A DNA stretch of 63,839 bases, the filler included, from Basidiobolus ranarum (taxonomy: Eukaryota), in the NCBI GenBank assembly GCA_040143965.1. It is 29 parts of 29 records of this genome, joined end to end, with 100 filler letters (N's around TTAATTAATTAA, not from the genome) between each part and the next. Parts side by side here need not be neighbours in the genome. Positions count along the whole stretch, not along the records: positions 61,745 to 63,839 come from JASJQH010003785.1; 28 more parts are not named here. One strand, given 5' to 3'. Both the position numbers and the translations under genes were made by a program. The notes beneath the pieces were generated by a model that worked only from the letters and a program-made list of their open reading frames with translations, did no database searches and was not told where the DNA came from. Shown here in pieces: positions 62,674 through 63,839 of the stretch (position 1 is its first letter; each line of letters opens with the position of its first letter).

Positions 62674-63839
62674 ATGGTACAGGAAACCACCACTTCCAAA
62701 ATTCTCCATGCATGGTCAAATGAAGGTGTGGGTGGTGCAAAACAGCATGTGCCTGATGATTTTACAGATTCCCAGGTATCCACTTTGAATTCTTGCTTTG
62801 ATATATGGAAGTTATTGATAAACTTGACAGAAGCTGGGGAAGGGGGCATCAGACAAAAGTGGAAGCAACTTTTGACTCTGCTTTGGCGCAAATACTATAT
62901 AAGTTCACAAGAAATTATACAATAAGACTCGTGAGGATAGAAAGCGTAAATTGAGAAATAGGAATTTCAATTTTGAGTCTGCAAAGACACAATTCCAATT
63001 GCGTTTTTGCTTGTATGGACCGGAAGCAACCATTGCACCCTCAACTTTAGAGACAAAAGATGTTCCAAGTAGATATCTACTACTACTCAATGATACTTTG
63101 CAGCAACTGTTGATGGAGGCTGCAGAGTTCAAAACAACATTACAGGACACTATGGCAAGAGTAATCAACATAGGTACAAAGAGAAAAGCAAGACAATTCA
63201 TTGAATCAGAAGATATACCCAAAGGCAAATTGGAGCAGTCTAGACTGTTGCAGAGATGTAACAGATCACTTCAAATCAAAGAGACTCCTGACAAGGTATC
63301 TATTCCACAAGAAGAATCTACACAACTCACCACTAGAATTGAGGTAACACCTCCAACATGGGCAAGAGCCCAGCAAGTTGGTTCATCAGCCAGTAGTACA
63401 CATTGACAGCAACACCAGCTTGGAAGAGTCCATGATGTTTCTCCCGTTTTTGTTGAAGAGCAAGCAGTTGATAAAGAACCAGAAAGAGGATGGCCTGCAT
63501 TCTCATGCATTGTAGCACACAAATTACCTGATTCAACCAAATCAACCAGTGAGCTTTTTACATCTGCAGAAGAGTCAGCTCCAAAGCGCATATCACCAGA
63601 AAGTCATACTAGTTTCATGCGTACTAACACGTGACAGCAACAATGGCCAAATACAAGAATTATTGAACCTTCCACTTTGTTTGGATGAAGGTCTGACACC
63701 TGAGAGCGATCTACTAAGACAGCAATCCATTACAACATGTACCCCCAAAAGACCAAGACAACAGGTGTTTGAGAGAGATATTCAAGCTCTTCCTGCGCCG
63801 GAAGAAGTCCCAACAGTCAAACACAACCCTCACGGTAGA
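62674..63839 (+). pseudogene. Putative Harbinger accessory ORF2 (Myb/SANT-like), disrupted
   Basis: Divergent from the transposase. IRQKWKQL resembles the Myb/SANT third helix, and a low-complexity tail follows. Internal stops. Confidence 0.4.

Overview
This window is not one locus. It is 29 short, size-sorted contigs (about 2114 down to 2095 bp) joined by artificial 100-bp spacers (N44-TTAATTAATTAA-N44, stops in all frames), so adjacency across spacers means nothing. The DNA is from an intron-containing fungus, probably an early-diverging lineage. An intact CenH3 argues against Mucorales, and a Basidiobolus-like Zoopagomycete is my inference only. About half the contigs are nested, CpG-eroded transposons: a high-copy CMC/EnSpm (Tnp2-like) family with apparent CCCTAACA...TGTTAGGG ends, chromodomain Ty3/Gypsy, Ty1/Copia (one with a Ty5-type PBS) and PIF/Harbinger. 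Host genes or fragments include two head-to-head ARG1 copies, a tandem CBM18-chitin deacetylase, CenH3, a bacterial-type terpene cyclase, an FAD monooxygenase, a DEDDy exonuclease, a PXA protein, a C2H2 transcription factor, repeat-rich surface proteins, and ATP2, nad1 and SMC3-like fragments at chimeric junctions. The standout is contig 37560-39661. It carries an intronless, compact and very divergent RPB2-like RNA polymerase subunit next to a divergently transcribed putative viral-type ssDNA-binding protein, which suggests a nucleocytovirus-like or cytoplasmic linear-plasmid-like element, possibly endogenised.
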